DNA from: the human T2T-CHM13v2.0 reference genome, Homo sapiens | Length of the DNA: 64,000 nt | Strand: one strand, 5' to 3' | Assembly (NCBI RefSeq): GCF_009914755.1 | Contig: NC_060938.1 | Shown: positions 14,798-30,672 of the stretch, in pieces | How the letters are laid out: every line of letters starts with the position of its first letter | Position numbering within the stretch: the first letter of the stretch is position 1 | Notes under the pieces: generated by a model | What the model was told of the DNA's origin: nothing | The model's database searches: none | Seen by the model: the letters and a program-made list of their open reading frames with translations, nothing else | Program-made: the position numbers and the translations under genes

Positions 14798-15975
14798 TTC
14801 CTTTATGAACACTTCATGGGATTTCCTCCATCCCCTTTTAGGGGACATAACTAGAAGGAGAACATGCCTCCTTAAAAGGTATTAGTTTTAGCAATTAAAA
14901 TCTCCCTGCCAGCTCATTTGTTGGTCTACTTAAATATTCAAGTTTTATTTCATTAAAGGTCTTTTCAGGTGTTTCAAGTGTTCCTTTAACCGAACACTTG
15001 TTGAACTGAACACTTGTTCATGTTTCTCATGTTTAATGGCTATGATTTAAATACATGTTGGTGTTACTGAAGTCATAATCCAGTGAGAATTCCTGTTAAA
15101 AGTGTTAAGATTTTGGACTCTTGCATAAGTCCCTTAAGGAGTGGTCTGACAGTTACTAATCTTTGTTTCCCATAGAATCAGGAATACCCTCTATCTTTAG
15201 ATGTTCAGTCAAAATTCGTTAGAATTGAATTTGAGTAACCCACATGCTTGTATTTATACTGCTTATTTAGTATTCATGGAGAATGCTGTATGAAAATTTG
15301 ATTAGTTCTTTTTTTTCCTTCCAAATTCCTTCCAATCAATAACTTAGAAGAGAAAATTAATCTCTACCTCTTTCCCTTCCCAATTTGTAAAAAATGAGTG
15401 TAACTTCCCATCTTTCTACTTTTAAAGGATGTTAGACTTCTTGGTTTATTAAAGTAAGAGTGATATTCTTGAAGATTCGACGTGAATTCAATTTAATGTT
15501 CTTGGCAGACACAAACTTAGTTTTTTTCCCTTTTAGAAGAAAACCATATCAAGCCTTCATTAATGAACCTCGGTGTAACTTTTGGCTTTCTCAAGACATT
15601 TGTCATTTGCGTTGTACGGCTGTGGTGTAGATATCTTGAAATAATGCTAAATTTTAATTTTATTTCCTTGTGCATTGTATTTGTTTTTAAACTCCTGCTC
15701 AGTTTACTTACCAAATATTAATAGTGTGCCTACTTTCAGTCTTCTATGTTTGAATGTCCCTTTAGTCTATGTTGCTGAAATTCTACTTTATGGAATAATA
15801 CAGATAACTGTATTGGAAAGTGTAGTGTTTGCCCTCAGGAGCATTTACTCTGATAGGGTTAATGATTGTAAGCCCCTAACGAAATTTCCACACTAGTTAC
15901 TAAGAATTTTTAAAGGATAAGTGATTTTGTTTGTAACCCTACAACCCTGTTCAAAACAATTTGATGTTTGTACTA

Positions 15976-17298
<1,323 letters not shown>

Positions 17299-17992
17299 TG
17301 CTATCAGCCAGGAGGTATAAATGATGTCTCCTTTGTGGGTTTAAATATAATTTATTACTTAAGAAGTTGCTTGTAATTGGTATGGATCAATAATTTATGC
17401 TTCATGACCTCTACCTTATGATGTGGTTAGTCATCTTTTGGCATTGGTGTGAGAAACAAGGTTTTCCAAAAGGAAAATCCAATTTTTTTTGGGTATTTCT
17501 AAAGTAAAGAAATTTTTTTAATTTTGTGCATTTAAATTATAATCATTACATAGAAATAAGTACATAAAAATGGAATATAAAATTACATACACTAATCATA
17601 GCTGGGAAAAAATAGTCCAAGACTTGGGCTACTGCAAAATTAAATGGTTTAATTAAGAGTAGATTTTGAGTAACTCTTGTTGTGTTGTTTATGCCATGAA
17701 AAAGGCAAGAGTTTATATTCACATATTTTAAAATAGTGTTGAAAAGAAAACCACGTACGGCCTGTTTGATACATTTCTCAGAAATCCTCATTTTATTTCA
17801 GTCTGATTCATAGACTTTCAAATGATCCTACTTGTAACTGTTTAGAAACTGTACTCCTCTAGCAAGAAAGAACCTTTTGTAATGATTTCTTCAGTTAATC
17901 AGAGAAAAGGCTTGTTGGACGATTTGATTTAGCTAGCTGCTTTGTTTGTTTTACTCCAAGAGTAAATGATGAGAAATGAAAAAAATATATAG

Positions 17993-18423
<431 letters not shown>

Positions 18424-18636
18424 TTAAATTTTGTTATTTTTGTATCTAGTAGTTCTTAGGTAATTAGTTTAGTGTGGAAGTATTTCAAAACCAAAATCTA
18501 ATATAAACCTTCAAATCATTGAAATCTGCATATACCAAAATTTCAAAAAAGTTTGTATATTTTAGTAGGATGGAAGAACATTTACTTTTTGAATAATATG
18601 TTCACATGCTTCAAACACAAAAGGTGCAAAAAATGA

Positions 18637-19070
<434 letters not shown>

Positions 19071-19333
19071 ACTGTCTACCTTTAAAAAAAAAAACAAGTA
19101 TGGTAGCATACTCTGTATACTATTAGCTTGCTTTTTTCACCTAACAGTAGTTTTTAAATTCTTTACATATTGGTGTATGAAGAGTGTATTTGTGATAGAA
19201 AACTTAACAGTGACTTAAACAACAACAAAGTATTTTTCTTTTAAAAATTCAGGAGGGTGATTTAGGGCTCATCTGGAACTCATGGTGTGCTGTTTTTCTC
19301 TTACTCTCCTTTTTTTAAATTGAGGCATAATTT

Positions 19334-19650
19334 GGCCGGGCATGGTGGCTCACGCCTGTAATCCCAGCACTTTGGGAGGCTGAGGCGGGCGGATCCCACT
19401 TGAGGTCAGGAGTTTGAGACCAGCCTGGCCAACATGGTGAAACCCCGTCTCTACTAAAAAATGCAAAATTAGCCTGGTGTGGTGGCAGGTGCCTTAATCC
19501 CAGCTACTTGGAGGCAGAGGCAGGAGAATCGTTTCAACCCGGGAGGTGGAGGTTGCAGTGAGCCGAGATCGAGCCATTGCACTCAAGCCTGGGGGCAAGA
19601 GTGAGACTTCTCTCAAAAAAAAAAAATAAATAAAATAAATAAATTAATTA
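19334..19650 (+). mobile_element. Alu (AluS-like)
   Basis: Full Alu, TSD aattgaggcataat. Confidence 0.95.
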
Positions 19651-20043
19651 ATTAATTGAGGCATAATGGATACAGTAACATACACAGATGTTAAGTGCAT
19701 GGTTCAGTGAGGTCATCACCCCCTACCATCACTTTTCTGATTGGCCTTTTTCTATACTAATACTGCTCTATGTATGCTGCCTGTGTCCTCATTGACTTAG
19801 CAAGATCTCCAGCTATTGGAGCCCATTCCGAGCAGCAGGGTGCATGAAAGGGCAGAGGTTCTATGTTACCCTTTTAAAGGAAGGTTTCTAGAAGCTGTCA
19901 CTTCATAGCAGTTTGAATTATGTTTCATTAGTTAGAACTTAGTGTCATAGCCACATCTGAATGCAAAGAAGGTTGAGAAATGCAGTCTTTATTATCTTTT
20001 TTTCCCATTATAAACAATGCTGCAGTGAATAACCTTATTCAGA

Positions 20044-20378
<335 letters not shown>

Positions 20379-20782
20379 TAGAAGGGGAACTACTGGATCA
20401 AAGAGTATTTGCAGTTGGACAATACACTTGTTTTCTCATATCCTTGCTGACACAGTTTTTGTATTTGCTAATTTCATAGGTAAAAAAATGACAGAGGGTA
20501 GCTCTAATTTGCCTGATAGGACATGTAGGTAGAGAAAATACTTCTATGCTTACATACTGATGATACCTAGAAAGCATGGATTACACAGTTAGCTAATGTA
20601 ATGCTAGTTGGGGTGAAGCATATGCAGCATGTTTTCATTTTATTTAGGCCAATTGTAGCAGAAGATTGATGGTTAAAGGTAGATGAGAAACCCTTCTACT
20701 CACAAACATGTCACTGTGAACTGACAGGAAAACAGGGTAATAATGTATTCTTTAGGAGTTTTTAAATTAAAAAGTAGGTTAG

Positions 20783-21205
20783 GGCTGGGCATAGTGGCTT
20801 ATGCCTCCTCACTTCAGGAGGTGAAGTGGGGAGGATTGCTTGAGGCCAAGAATTGGAGACCAGCCTGGACAACATAGCAAGACCCCACCTCTAATAAAAA
20901 CCCCAACAAATTAGACAGGTGTAGTGACATGCACCTGTAATCCCAGTGCTTTGGGAGGCCAAGGCAGGAGAATTGCTTGAGCCCAGAAGTTTGAGACCAC
21001 CCTAGGCAACATAGGGAGACCCTGTCTTTAGAAAAAAAATAGCTGGGCATAGTGGAGTGCACCTGTAGTCCCAGCTATGTGGGGGTGGCTGAGATGGGAG
21101 GATCGCTTGAGCCCAGGAGTTCAAGGTTACAGTGGGCTGTCATTGCACCACCGCTCTCCAGCCTGCGTGACAAAGTAAGACCTCATTTCTTTAAAAAAGA
21201 AAAAA
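20783..21205 (+). mobile_element. Trimeric AluJ-like element (left-left-right monomers)
   Basis: Two successive monomers each end gagacca(g/c)cct...caacatag, followed by one right monomer. Confidence 0.8.
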
Positions 21206-21563
21206 AATCAATTCATGTATAAAGTTAATTTAGCATTAATTTTCTTTGGTCCTGTTTTCTATCACATACATTTCTTAACATTCAGAAACATATTTTTAAC
21301 TGATCTTAAAGTACCCTTTAACCTAATGGGGAAAAAGAAAGTAATATATATTTTTTGGTTCTTTTTATATAATATTTTTTGTTGTGTTTTCTTTTTATTC
21401 TCTGATTGCTAAATGGGTTCAGATACATTACATGATATGTATTCTGCTTAAACTGTAATTTTTTAAATAGAATGTTAAGTGTCCTTAATTATATTTTTAA
21501 CTATGAGCTTTTGGTTGGGACTTAAGGAAAAACTTCATAGTAATTTTCTATGCCACTGGGTAG

Positions 21564-21877
<314 letters not shown>

Positions 21878-22101
21878 TGTACTTACTTTTAAAGTAGGAA
21901 ATGGGAGCATTAAAAGAAAGGATATATATGCATGTTTTCCCCATACCACCTGATGAAGTCTTAGATAGCAGAGACCTCCTACTTAGCTACCATAGGTACT
22001 GTGGCATAGTAGATTAGACTCCCAATAGCAATGTTTTGGCTCTTCTGGGTGAGAGGGAGGGGTAGATGTTAGTACTTTTAAAATGTCAGTTCTTTAGGTA
22101 A

Positions 22102-22706
<605 letters not shown>

Positions 22707-22949
22707 CTAGGTAAAGAAACTTTGTAAGGGCCTGATATCTATAATCTGAAGATAGAGACTTTGAGATACTTTGAGTACAGTATCGTCTCACTTATCTGGA
22801 GGTAAGATTTCTGTAAATCTCTGCTTTTTTTTTTTTTAAATCAATGAAGGCTTAATAAGCCAAGGAGTAGGAAAAAAGTATTGCTTAGTAAATGGGCATT
22901 GTGATCAACCTCAGGTTCTTTGCTAAGGTTCCTGTGACAGAATAGAAAG

Positions 22950-23520
22950 TATTGCCTGTCATGTTCTTTTCTGTATCCTTAGCACGGAAAGTGGGACCTA
23001 GCACATGGGTATTGTTCAGTAAACATTTGTTGAATGAATGAATTTTTATGAAGTGTGGTTTTTTTTTTTCCTTCCCTAGCACAGATTTGTGTGTGTGTGT
23101 GGAGAGAGGGATATAGAAACTTAACAGCAGTGGCTGACATTTTTGCTTATTTGTTAGGTATTGGTGGTGGTGTTAATCGGGTACGCATATGCTTTCCTTA
23201 GGATTTGCATTTGCTGTTCCCTGTGTCTAGAACGCTATTCCTTAGATAAATCTTCATTCCTTACCTCCTTAAAATGTTTTCTCATCTATCACCTTCTTAA
23301 GTCTGTACTGATCACCCTACTTAAAATTATAACTGCCCCTCTTTGCTTGCACTTCTAAGCTTCCTTACCCTAGTCTGTTTAGCAGTTACCTCCTTGAAAC
23401 ATGCTCTGTAGAATTTACTTATTATGACTATTGTCTCTCTTACTACCAGAATGTTAGTTCCTTGAGGGCTTTGTCTATTTGTTCACTGTATTCCAGGTGC
23501 CTAATAGATGCTCAAAAAAT
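22950..23520 (+). mobile_element. L2 3' fragments
   Basis: L2 3'-end text (cctagcac...taaacatttgttgaatgaatgaat; ttccttgagggc...tgttcactgtattcc). Confidence 0.6.
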
Positions 23521-23527
23521 TATTATT

Positions 23528-23770
23528 ATTTTTTTTGAGACAGGATCTGGCTCTGTCTCCCAGGCTGGAGTGCAGTGGTGTGAACACTGCAGTCTTGACC
23601 TCCCAAGTTCAAGTGATCCTCTGACTTCAACCTCCCAAGTAGCTGGGAGTACATACGCACACCACAGGGTTTTGCCACATTGCCCAGGCCGGTCTTGAAC
23701 TCCTGGGCTCAAGTGATCCACCTGCCTTGGCCTCCCAGAGTGTTGGGATTATAGACATGAGCCTGGCCTC
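23528..23770 (-). mobile_element. Alu (AluJ-like, internally deleted)
   Basis: Alu text with the central A-rich linker region missing. Confidence 0.85.
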
Positions 23771-24080
23771 AAAAAACATTTGCTATATGTGTGAAGAGAA
23801 GAAAGGGTATAACGTAAGAAAGTTAGCTATAAAATAGTTTACATTTTAAATACTTATATTTGAAAGTATTATTTCCATTATTTAAAAAGTAATTTTAAAA
23901 TTTTGCTTTTGGAGACTACTGTGTTCCATAATTACACCGGGGCAAACACAGCTGTGCTAAGTTTAAGAACTGTATATTCTGTTGGTGGAAAAGGACTGAA
24001 TATTGCTTTGCCCAATACATCACCTGCCTCAGTCTTCTAGTGGTTTTGTGGTGAAGTTGCTTTCAGTGGTGGTTTAGTTA

Positions 24081-24400
24081 ATGCTGTTTGACTTACGTCC
24101 CGATAAATCAGTTGAAAATAAATGCATTTAATATATTTAACCTACCAAATATCATAGCTTAGCCTAGCCTACCTTAAACATTCTTAGAATATGAACATTA
24201 GTCAACAGTTGGATAAAATCATCTAACGCAGAACCTACCTTGTAATAAAGTGCTGAATATCTCATTTACTTTATTGAATACTCAAAGTGGAAAAGCAGAT
24301 CAAAATTTGAAGTGCAGTTTCTACTGAATGTGTATCACTTTTGCGCCATCGTAAAGTCAAAAAGTCATAAGTTGAACCATCCTAAATTGGGAACCTTCTG
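24081..24400 (+). mobile_element. MER47A (TcMar-Tigger)
   Basis: ttacgtcccgataaa...catagcttagcctagcctaccttaaac...ccatcgtaaagtcaaaaa...tctg followed by TA. Confidence 0.8.
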
Positions 24401-24582
24401 TAATGGAAAAAACCTCTAGGTTTGAATGTGTTCCATAGTGTCCAGATGGAACATCCCTTTCCTACTGGAGGTAGCTTTCTGCACAGTGCGGTGTGACAAT
24501 GTTAATAGTTAGCTTTATTTATTTATTAACGTGGACTAGGCCTTATGCTAAGCATTTTATGTATATTATCTATTCTATATAA

Positions 24583-24918
<336 letters not shown>

Positions 24919-25232
24919 TGAGGTAAATATTCTTCGCCATTTTTTCTTGCAGAAAATTGATTATTCATTAAACACCTTGTCTAGCTAGTAAGTGTTGAAG
25001 CTGGAATTCAAATCCAGCCAGTCTTACAGAGGAACTTCACTACACAAAACACTTTCCTGTTATAGTAAAGAATACTTTGAAGTAAAAAAGAAATTAGGAA
25101 CAGCTTAGTGGAACAGTAATGTCACAAAGAGACCATTATCTTTTATTTGCTTTAGCTTCCCATGATTTACTAGATTGAATGAGACTGCTGTGACTGAAGC
25201 AGTAATGTTATGTTAAAGTTAACCAATGCTGT

Positions 25233-25330
25233 CAGGCACAGTGGCTTGCACCTGTAATCCCAGCTACTTGTGAGGCTGAGGTTGGGAGGATCTTTTCATG
25301 CCTGTAGTTGAAGACCAGCCTTAGCAAGTC
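25233..25330 (+). mobile_element. Alu monomer fragment (FLAM-like)
   Basis: Short monomer, TSD aaagttaaccaatgct. Confidence 0.75.
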
Positions 25331-25601
25331 CCCCCCTTTTTTTTAAAGTTAACCAATGCTAATTTAAATAAAGTAAATATATTTTAAATAAAGCCAGAGT
25401 TGGCTCCTAATTATCTCTTCTACTACTTAGACTTAGTTCAGGAAGAGTTTAGCTTCTTTTTGGGACAGAATTTTTATGTTCTCCCTTTATCCCTAAAAAT
25501 TAGATTCAGCAGGAAGGCAAAAGTTGTAACTGTATAGCTGGACAGGAAGTATAATTTAGTGAAGGAGTAGAGGGGTAGACAGTGGGTAGGTTTTGCTGTT
25601 C

Positions 25602-25919
25602 TTGTGTTTTTTTTGTTTTTTTTTTTTTTTTTTTTTTTTGAGACAGTCTCGCTCTGTCGCCCAGGTTGGAGTACAGTGGCTTGATCTTGGCTCACTGCAA
25701 CCTCTGCCTTCAGGTTCAAGCAATTATCCTGCATCAGCCTCCCGAGTAGCTGGAATTACAGGCGCCTGCCACCACACCCGGCTAATTTTTTTTGTATTTT
25801 TAGTAGAGATGGGGTTTCACCATATTGCCCAGGCTGATCTTGAACTCCTGACCTTGTGATCCACCTGCCTTGGTCTCCCAAAGTGCTGGGAATACAGGCA
25901 TGAGCCACTGCGCCTGGCC
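25602..25919 (-). mobile_element. Alu (AluS-like)
   Basis: Full Alu, TSD gctgttcttg. Confidence 0.95.
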
Positions 25920-26259
25920 GCTGTTCTTGATTTTTAAAAGAAAAACTTGCCCATAATTTACACAAAATTATAGTAGTGGAAACAGTCTTCCCCTACCTAC
26001 TATAGAAAGCAATTTTTAATTTAAAATTTTGACTAGAATATTCTGATTCTTTAATGTGAATTAGTTTTGAACCTTAATTAGCCATTTGTCTTCTAAAAAA
26101 ATATATTTTATTTCCCAACATGCAAATATTTGTTCTGTTCTAAGGAGCTTCAGACTGTACCTGGTTATCTCCAGTATATAAATCAGTTTTAATTTGTTTT
26201 AAAACAGTAGTTTAGGGGAGTAAATTAGAATCTACAATTGTAGGAAGACCCACCCTAAT

Positions 26260-26522
26260 CTTAGGATGCAAATGTACTTTCCCCTTGACCGGCGTCATTT
26301 TGGCTGCCCTTTACAGTACACGTGGCTGGCAGAGAAGGGAAGATGGAGCCGCCATTTTGAACCTGATTGGCACAACTGCCGGCATATATGTCTGCAGCTC
26401 TATTTTATAGGCTGCTCTTTGTTAGGAAAGTGATTTGGGGCTGCTTTTCATTAAAAGGGAAACCTTACTGAGGACTCCCGTACCCTATCTACCCAAGTAA
26501 TTTCTTTTTAACTCCTATGTCA
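26260..26522 (-). mobile_element. ERV1 LTR 5' fragment (MER61/LTR9-like)
   Basis: Minus strand begins TGACATAGGAGTTAAAAAGAAATTACTTGGGTAGATAGGGTACGGGAGTCCTCAGTAAGG...AAAAGCAGCCCC. Subfamily from memory; left boundary approximate. Confidence 0.65.
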
Positions 26523-26529
26523 GTATTAA

Positions 26530-26750
26530 CACAGAGTAGTTCAAATGTTGCAGTCAGATTGCTAGGGTTCACATCCTGGTTTTGCCATTTACTATTTGGT
26601 GCCCTAAGTTAACACCTTACTAGCCTCTCAGTGCCCCATTTTTCTCATCTGTAATATTTAGACAATAATATTACCCACTTATTAGGGTTGTTAGGAAGAT
26701 TTAGTTTAAAATACATGTTAAATGCCTAGCATATAGTAAGTGCACAGAGC
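26530..26750 (+). mobile_element. MIR
   Basis: MIR core (ttctcatctgtaa...agggttgttaggaagat...tgcctagcatatagtaagtgc). Confidence 0.7.
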
Positions 26751-27348
26751 ATGTTAATTTTCCTTTCTCTTTGCCAGCAAAAACGATTATGTGATTTAGA
26801 TATGGTAGTGATAGCCTCTATTGGAAATTTTGATAGGATTAGGTAATTTTAGATTATTTTTCTTTTTAGAACCTCAAAGAACACTTGGTATCATTACATG
26901 AAATGCTAAAATGTATATCTATGTGTATGTGCAAATATTTTCATAAAAGTCTTTGAAAAACCCTCTACTTCTTCCCAAGAAAGGATCTCACTAAAGATTA
27001 TTTGGTAAAAAAAGAAATCTTGGAGCACAGCCAAAAAACCGGGAATGAAAAAATACTGTTTTCACACCCAGAAACTCTGTATGTATAATCAGAATTGTAC
27101 ATCTTAGGATGTTAGGGAAGCTTTCTTTGTTCCATGCAAAACAAACACTGACCGTCCACTTCTTGGACTTGAGAAATGTTGAAAGTTTCTTTACAAATGG
27201 ATGTCTAGGGCAGGACTGGCAGGAGGAAATAATTCTTTTCTCAAAACACTTTTTTTGATTCCAGTAAGTGGAGGAACATTGTTGAAACTTCCCTCACCAC
27301 GCCCTCTGCTGAGTGTTTGTGAAACTCAGGTGAGTTAAATGTGTAGCA

Positions 27349-27544
27349 CACGCTTGTCCAACCTGCAGCTTGTGGTGGCTTTGAATACTGCCCAACACAA
27401 ATTTGTAAACTTTCTTAAAACACTGTGAGTTTTTTTTTTTGCGTTTTTTTTTAAGCTCATCAAATATCGTTAGTGTATTTTATGTGTGGCCCAAGACAGT
27501 TCTTTCAGTGTGGCCCAGGGAAGCCAAAAGATTGGACACCCCTG
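27349..27544 (-). mobile_element. MER30 (hAT-Charlie)
   Basis: Minus strand begins CAGGGGTGTCCAATCTTTTGGCTTCCCTGGGCCAC; 8-bp TSD gtgtagca/gtgtagtg. Confidence 0.88.
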
Positions 27545-27792
27545 GTGTAGTGGTTCCTCCCACTTCTCCCATACTTGACCCTTATTTGAACTAGGATTAT
27601 TTCTTTTTTTTTTTACCCTCCTGGATGAGTGGAGGAAGTCCTTGAAATCTATTTTACTGCTACTGTTATTACTACTTTTTAAAATGGAAACATACACAGA
27701 AGTAGAGTCAGTGAGCCCTTATGTTTGTACCAGTTTTATCCTACCCCTACATTTGACCTACTTCTTGTCCTCATCTTTGAAAAAAGCAAATT

Positions 27793-28721
27793 TGGCAGGG
27801 TGGAGGCGGAGGAGGGCGGGCGCCGGAGCCCAGCCGGAGCGGGCGTTGAAGGCTGGCGCGGCGAGCGCTGTTCGGGGCTGGAGGGGGTAAGGCCGGCAAG
27901 GGCGGCCTGACCCTCCAGGAGGCCATCCAGCGGCTGCGGGACACGGAGGAGATGTTAAGCAAGAAACAGGAGTTCCTGGAGAAGAAAATCGAGCAGAGGC
28001 ACGGCACCAAAAACAAGCCCGCGGCCCTCCAGGCACTGAAGCGTAAGAAGAGGTATGAGAAGCAGCTGGCGCAGATCGACGGTACATTATCAACCATCGA
28101 GTTCCAGCAGCAGGCCCTGGAGAATGCCAACACCAATACCGAGGTGCTCAAGAACATGGGCTCTGCAGCCAAGGCCAAGAAGGCGGCCCACGACAACATG
28201 GACATCGATAAAGTTGATGAGTTAATGCAGGACATTGCTGACCAGCAAGAACTTGGGGAGGAGATTTCAACAGCAATTTCGAAACCTGTAGGGTTTGGAG
28301 AAAAGTCTGACGAGGATGAGCTCATGGCGGAATTAGAAGAACTAGAACAGGAGGAACCAGACAAGAATTTGCTGGAAGTCAGTGGCCCCGAAACAGTCCC
28401 TCTACCAAATGTTCCCTCTATAGCCCTACCATCAAAACCTGCCAAGAAGAGGAAGACGACGACATGAAGGATTTGGAGAACTGGGCTGGGTCCAGCGCGG
28501 GCAGGATGGATGTGGTGCAGGCAGGTTCCATCGCTCTCGACTCTCACTCCAAAGCAGTAGGGCCGCATTGCTGCTCGCTCTCTGCATAGCATGGTCTGCA
28601 CCTAGTGGGATGGGTGGGGGCGGGTAGAGGGGGGTTGCGGGGCACGGGGGCTGTGGGGGAGAAGTGCCTGCTGTTTATAATGTTGAATTTCTGTAAAATA
28701 AACTGTGTTTGCAAATCCAAA
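27793..28721 (+). pseudogene. CHMP4BP1: Processed pseudogene of CHMP4B (ESCRT-III Snf7 family)
   Basis: Intronless CHMP4B-like sequence with GC-rich 5' UTR, CDS and 3' UTR. AATAAA at 28697-28702; TSD aaaaaagcaaatt at 27780-27792 and 28722-28734. The original start segment MSVFGK is missing. Confidence 0.95.
27952..28467 (+). CDS. CHMP4BP1: Residual 171-aa ORF of the CHMP4B retrocopy (putative CHMP4B-like protein; translation unproven)
   Basis: The ORF track gives MLSKKQEFLEKKIEQ...KQLAQIDGTLSTIEFQ...DEDELMAELEELEQEE...VPLPNVPSIALPSKPAKK, the Snf7 core of CHMP4B starting at an internal Met, with a C-terminal frameshift. Confidence 0.35.
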   Translation: MLSKKQEFLEKKIEQRHGTKNKPAALQALKRKKRYEKQLAQIDGTLSTIEFQQQALENANTNTEVLKNMGSAAKAKKAAHDNMDIDKVDELMQDIADQQELGEEISTAISKPVGFGEKSDEDELMAELEELEQEEPDKNLLEVSGPETVPLPNVPSIALPSKPAKKRKTTT

Positions 28722-29534
28722 AAAAAAGCAAATTCTAGATATGTCATATTGGCCCTAATTACATCGGTATGTGTCTTTTAAAAAGATATTTTCCCCCCAT
28801 AACCACAGTGCCATTATCCCCACCTAACAAAACTAACAGATTGATCTGTTGCCTTAGATCTGAGTCTTAGTATCCTCAGATTCCTTTTGATTATCTAAAA
28901 TATTAAAATAAATATTGAAAATATTAAAATACATTCAAGTTTGTGGTTATCACTTTTAAATGACCCATTTTTCTTCATTTACATACAAATATTTTGTAAA
29001 TGTTTGACTTTCTAGCTTGCTATGGAAATTTTCAAACAAAAGTAGGTGGAATCCGTATAAGAAACCCTCATGTACTTATCACCCAGCTTCAACAGTTATC
29101 AACCACTCTACTCATGTAGGAGGGGAAATTATCAAATCATGCCCAAGTTTGGTTGAACTGTTCCCCTCCAACTTCCCCCTCCTGAATTATTCTCAGGCAA
29201 ATTCCAGAGTGGATATTATTTCATTGGCAGTCTAGTAAGAATCCTTGTCTTTTAAAGATACAGACTATATCTGCATATGTATATATCCACAATACCATTA
29301 TCACCCCTTCATTCTTTAATATCTTCAAGTATCTAGTATTCAAATTTGCATTTGTCTCAGATGTCATAGTTTTAGTAATGGTTTAAATCAGGATCCATAT
29401 AAAGTCTCTACCTTGCAGTTGGTTGGTAATGACCTTTAAGTCTAACCCTTTATAGGTCCATTTTTAGGCTTTAGTCTATAGTCCATTTTACTACCTCTCT
29501 TTGGTAATGTTTTTTGTTCAAGAAACCACGTTGT

Positions 29535-29835
<301 letters not shown>

Positions 29836-30378
29836 TTATTTGTTCTAGTGTTTTTCAGAGTCTGGATTTTAATGATTACATCTGTGGTTCAGTTCAACAC
29901 GTTCTTATGTCCTGTATTTCCTGTAAATTGGTGATTGAATCTAGAGGTGTGCTTAGCATATAATATATATGCACATGGTAAAATTTAAAACAGTTCAAAA
30001 GTCTGTGTAATGAAATGTCGGTCATTTTCCCACACAGTATTTTAGGTATCTTCCCCAGAAGGAATTATTCTGTCTAGAATGAATGATGTGTTTTTATTAA
30101 GCCTTATATCCCAATGAGCATACTAAATGTTCTTGTAATTCTGAATATACTAAGGTTATTCTTTTGTGAATTTTAGAATTTGATTTAAATACTACAAAAG
30201 CACATGGTGCCAGTCACTAAGGTGTGGTGTTTTCTTTTTGGTAAAGGAGAATTTGTAAGGTGAAATGACAGTGAATTAGAAGTTGTAAACCAAATTCCTT
30301 GTTACTACAGTGGACTACTTTTCATAGAACGAACAAGAAAAATCAGCTCTGTAGGACAATGTTAAAAAGAGTGTTCTT

Positions 30379-30672
30379 GGCTGGGCACGGTGGCTCATGC
30401 CTGTAATCACAGCACTTTGGGAGGCCAGGAGGGGAGGATTGGTTGTCTCCAGGAGTTTGAGACCAGCCTGGGCAACACAGTGAGACCTCCATCTCAACAG
30501 AAATTCAAAAATTAGCCAGGTGTGGTGGCATGTGCCTGTATTCCTAGCTACTCGGGAGGCTGAGGTGGGAGGATCACCTGAGCCCAGGAGGTCAAGGCTC
30601 CAGTGAACTGTGATTGTGCCACTGCACTCTAGCCTGGGTGACAAAGTGAGACTCTGTCTCAAAAAAAAAAAA
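30379..30672 (+). mobile_element. Alu (AluJ-like)
   Basis: Full dimeric Alu. Confidence 0.92.

Noticed and set aside
27771-28601. 276-aa minus-strand ORF
   Set aside because: Antisense shadow of the CHMP4B coding sequence; Ser/Leu-rich with no independent features.
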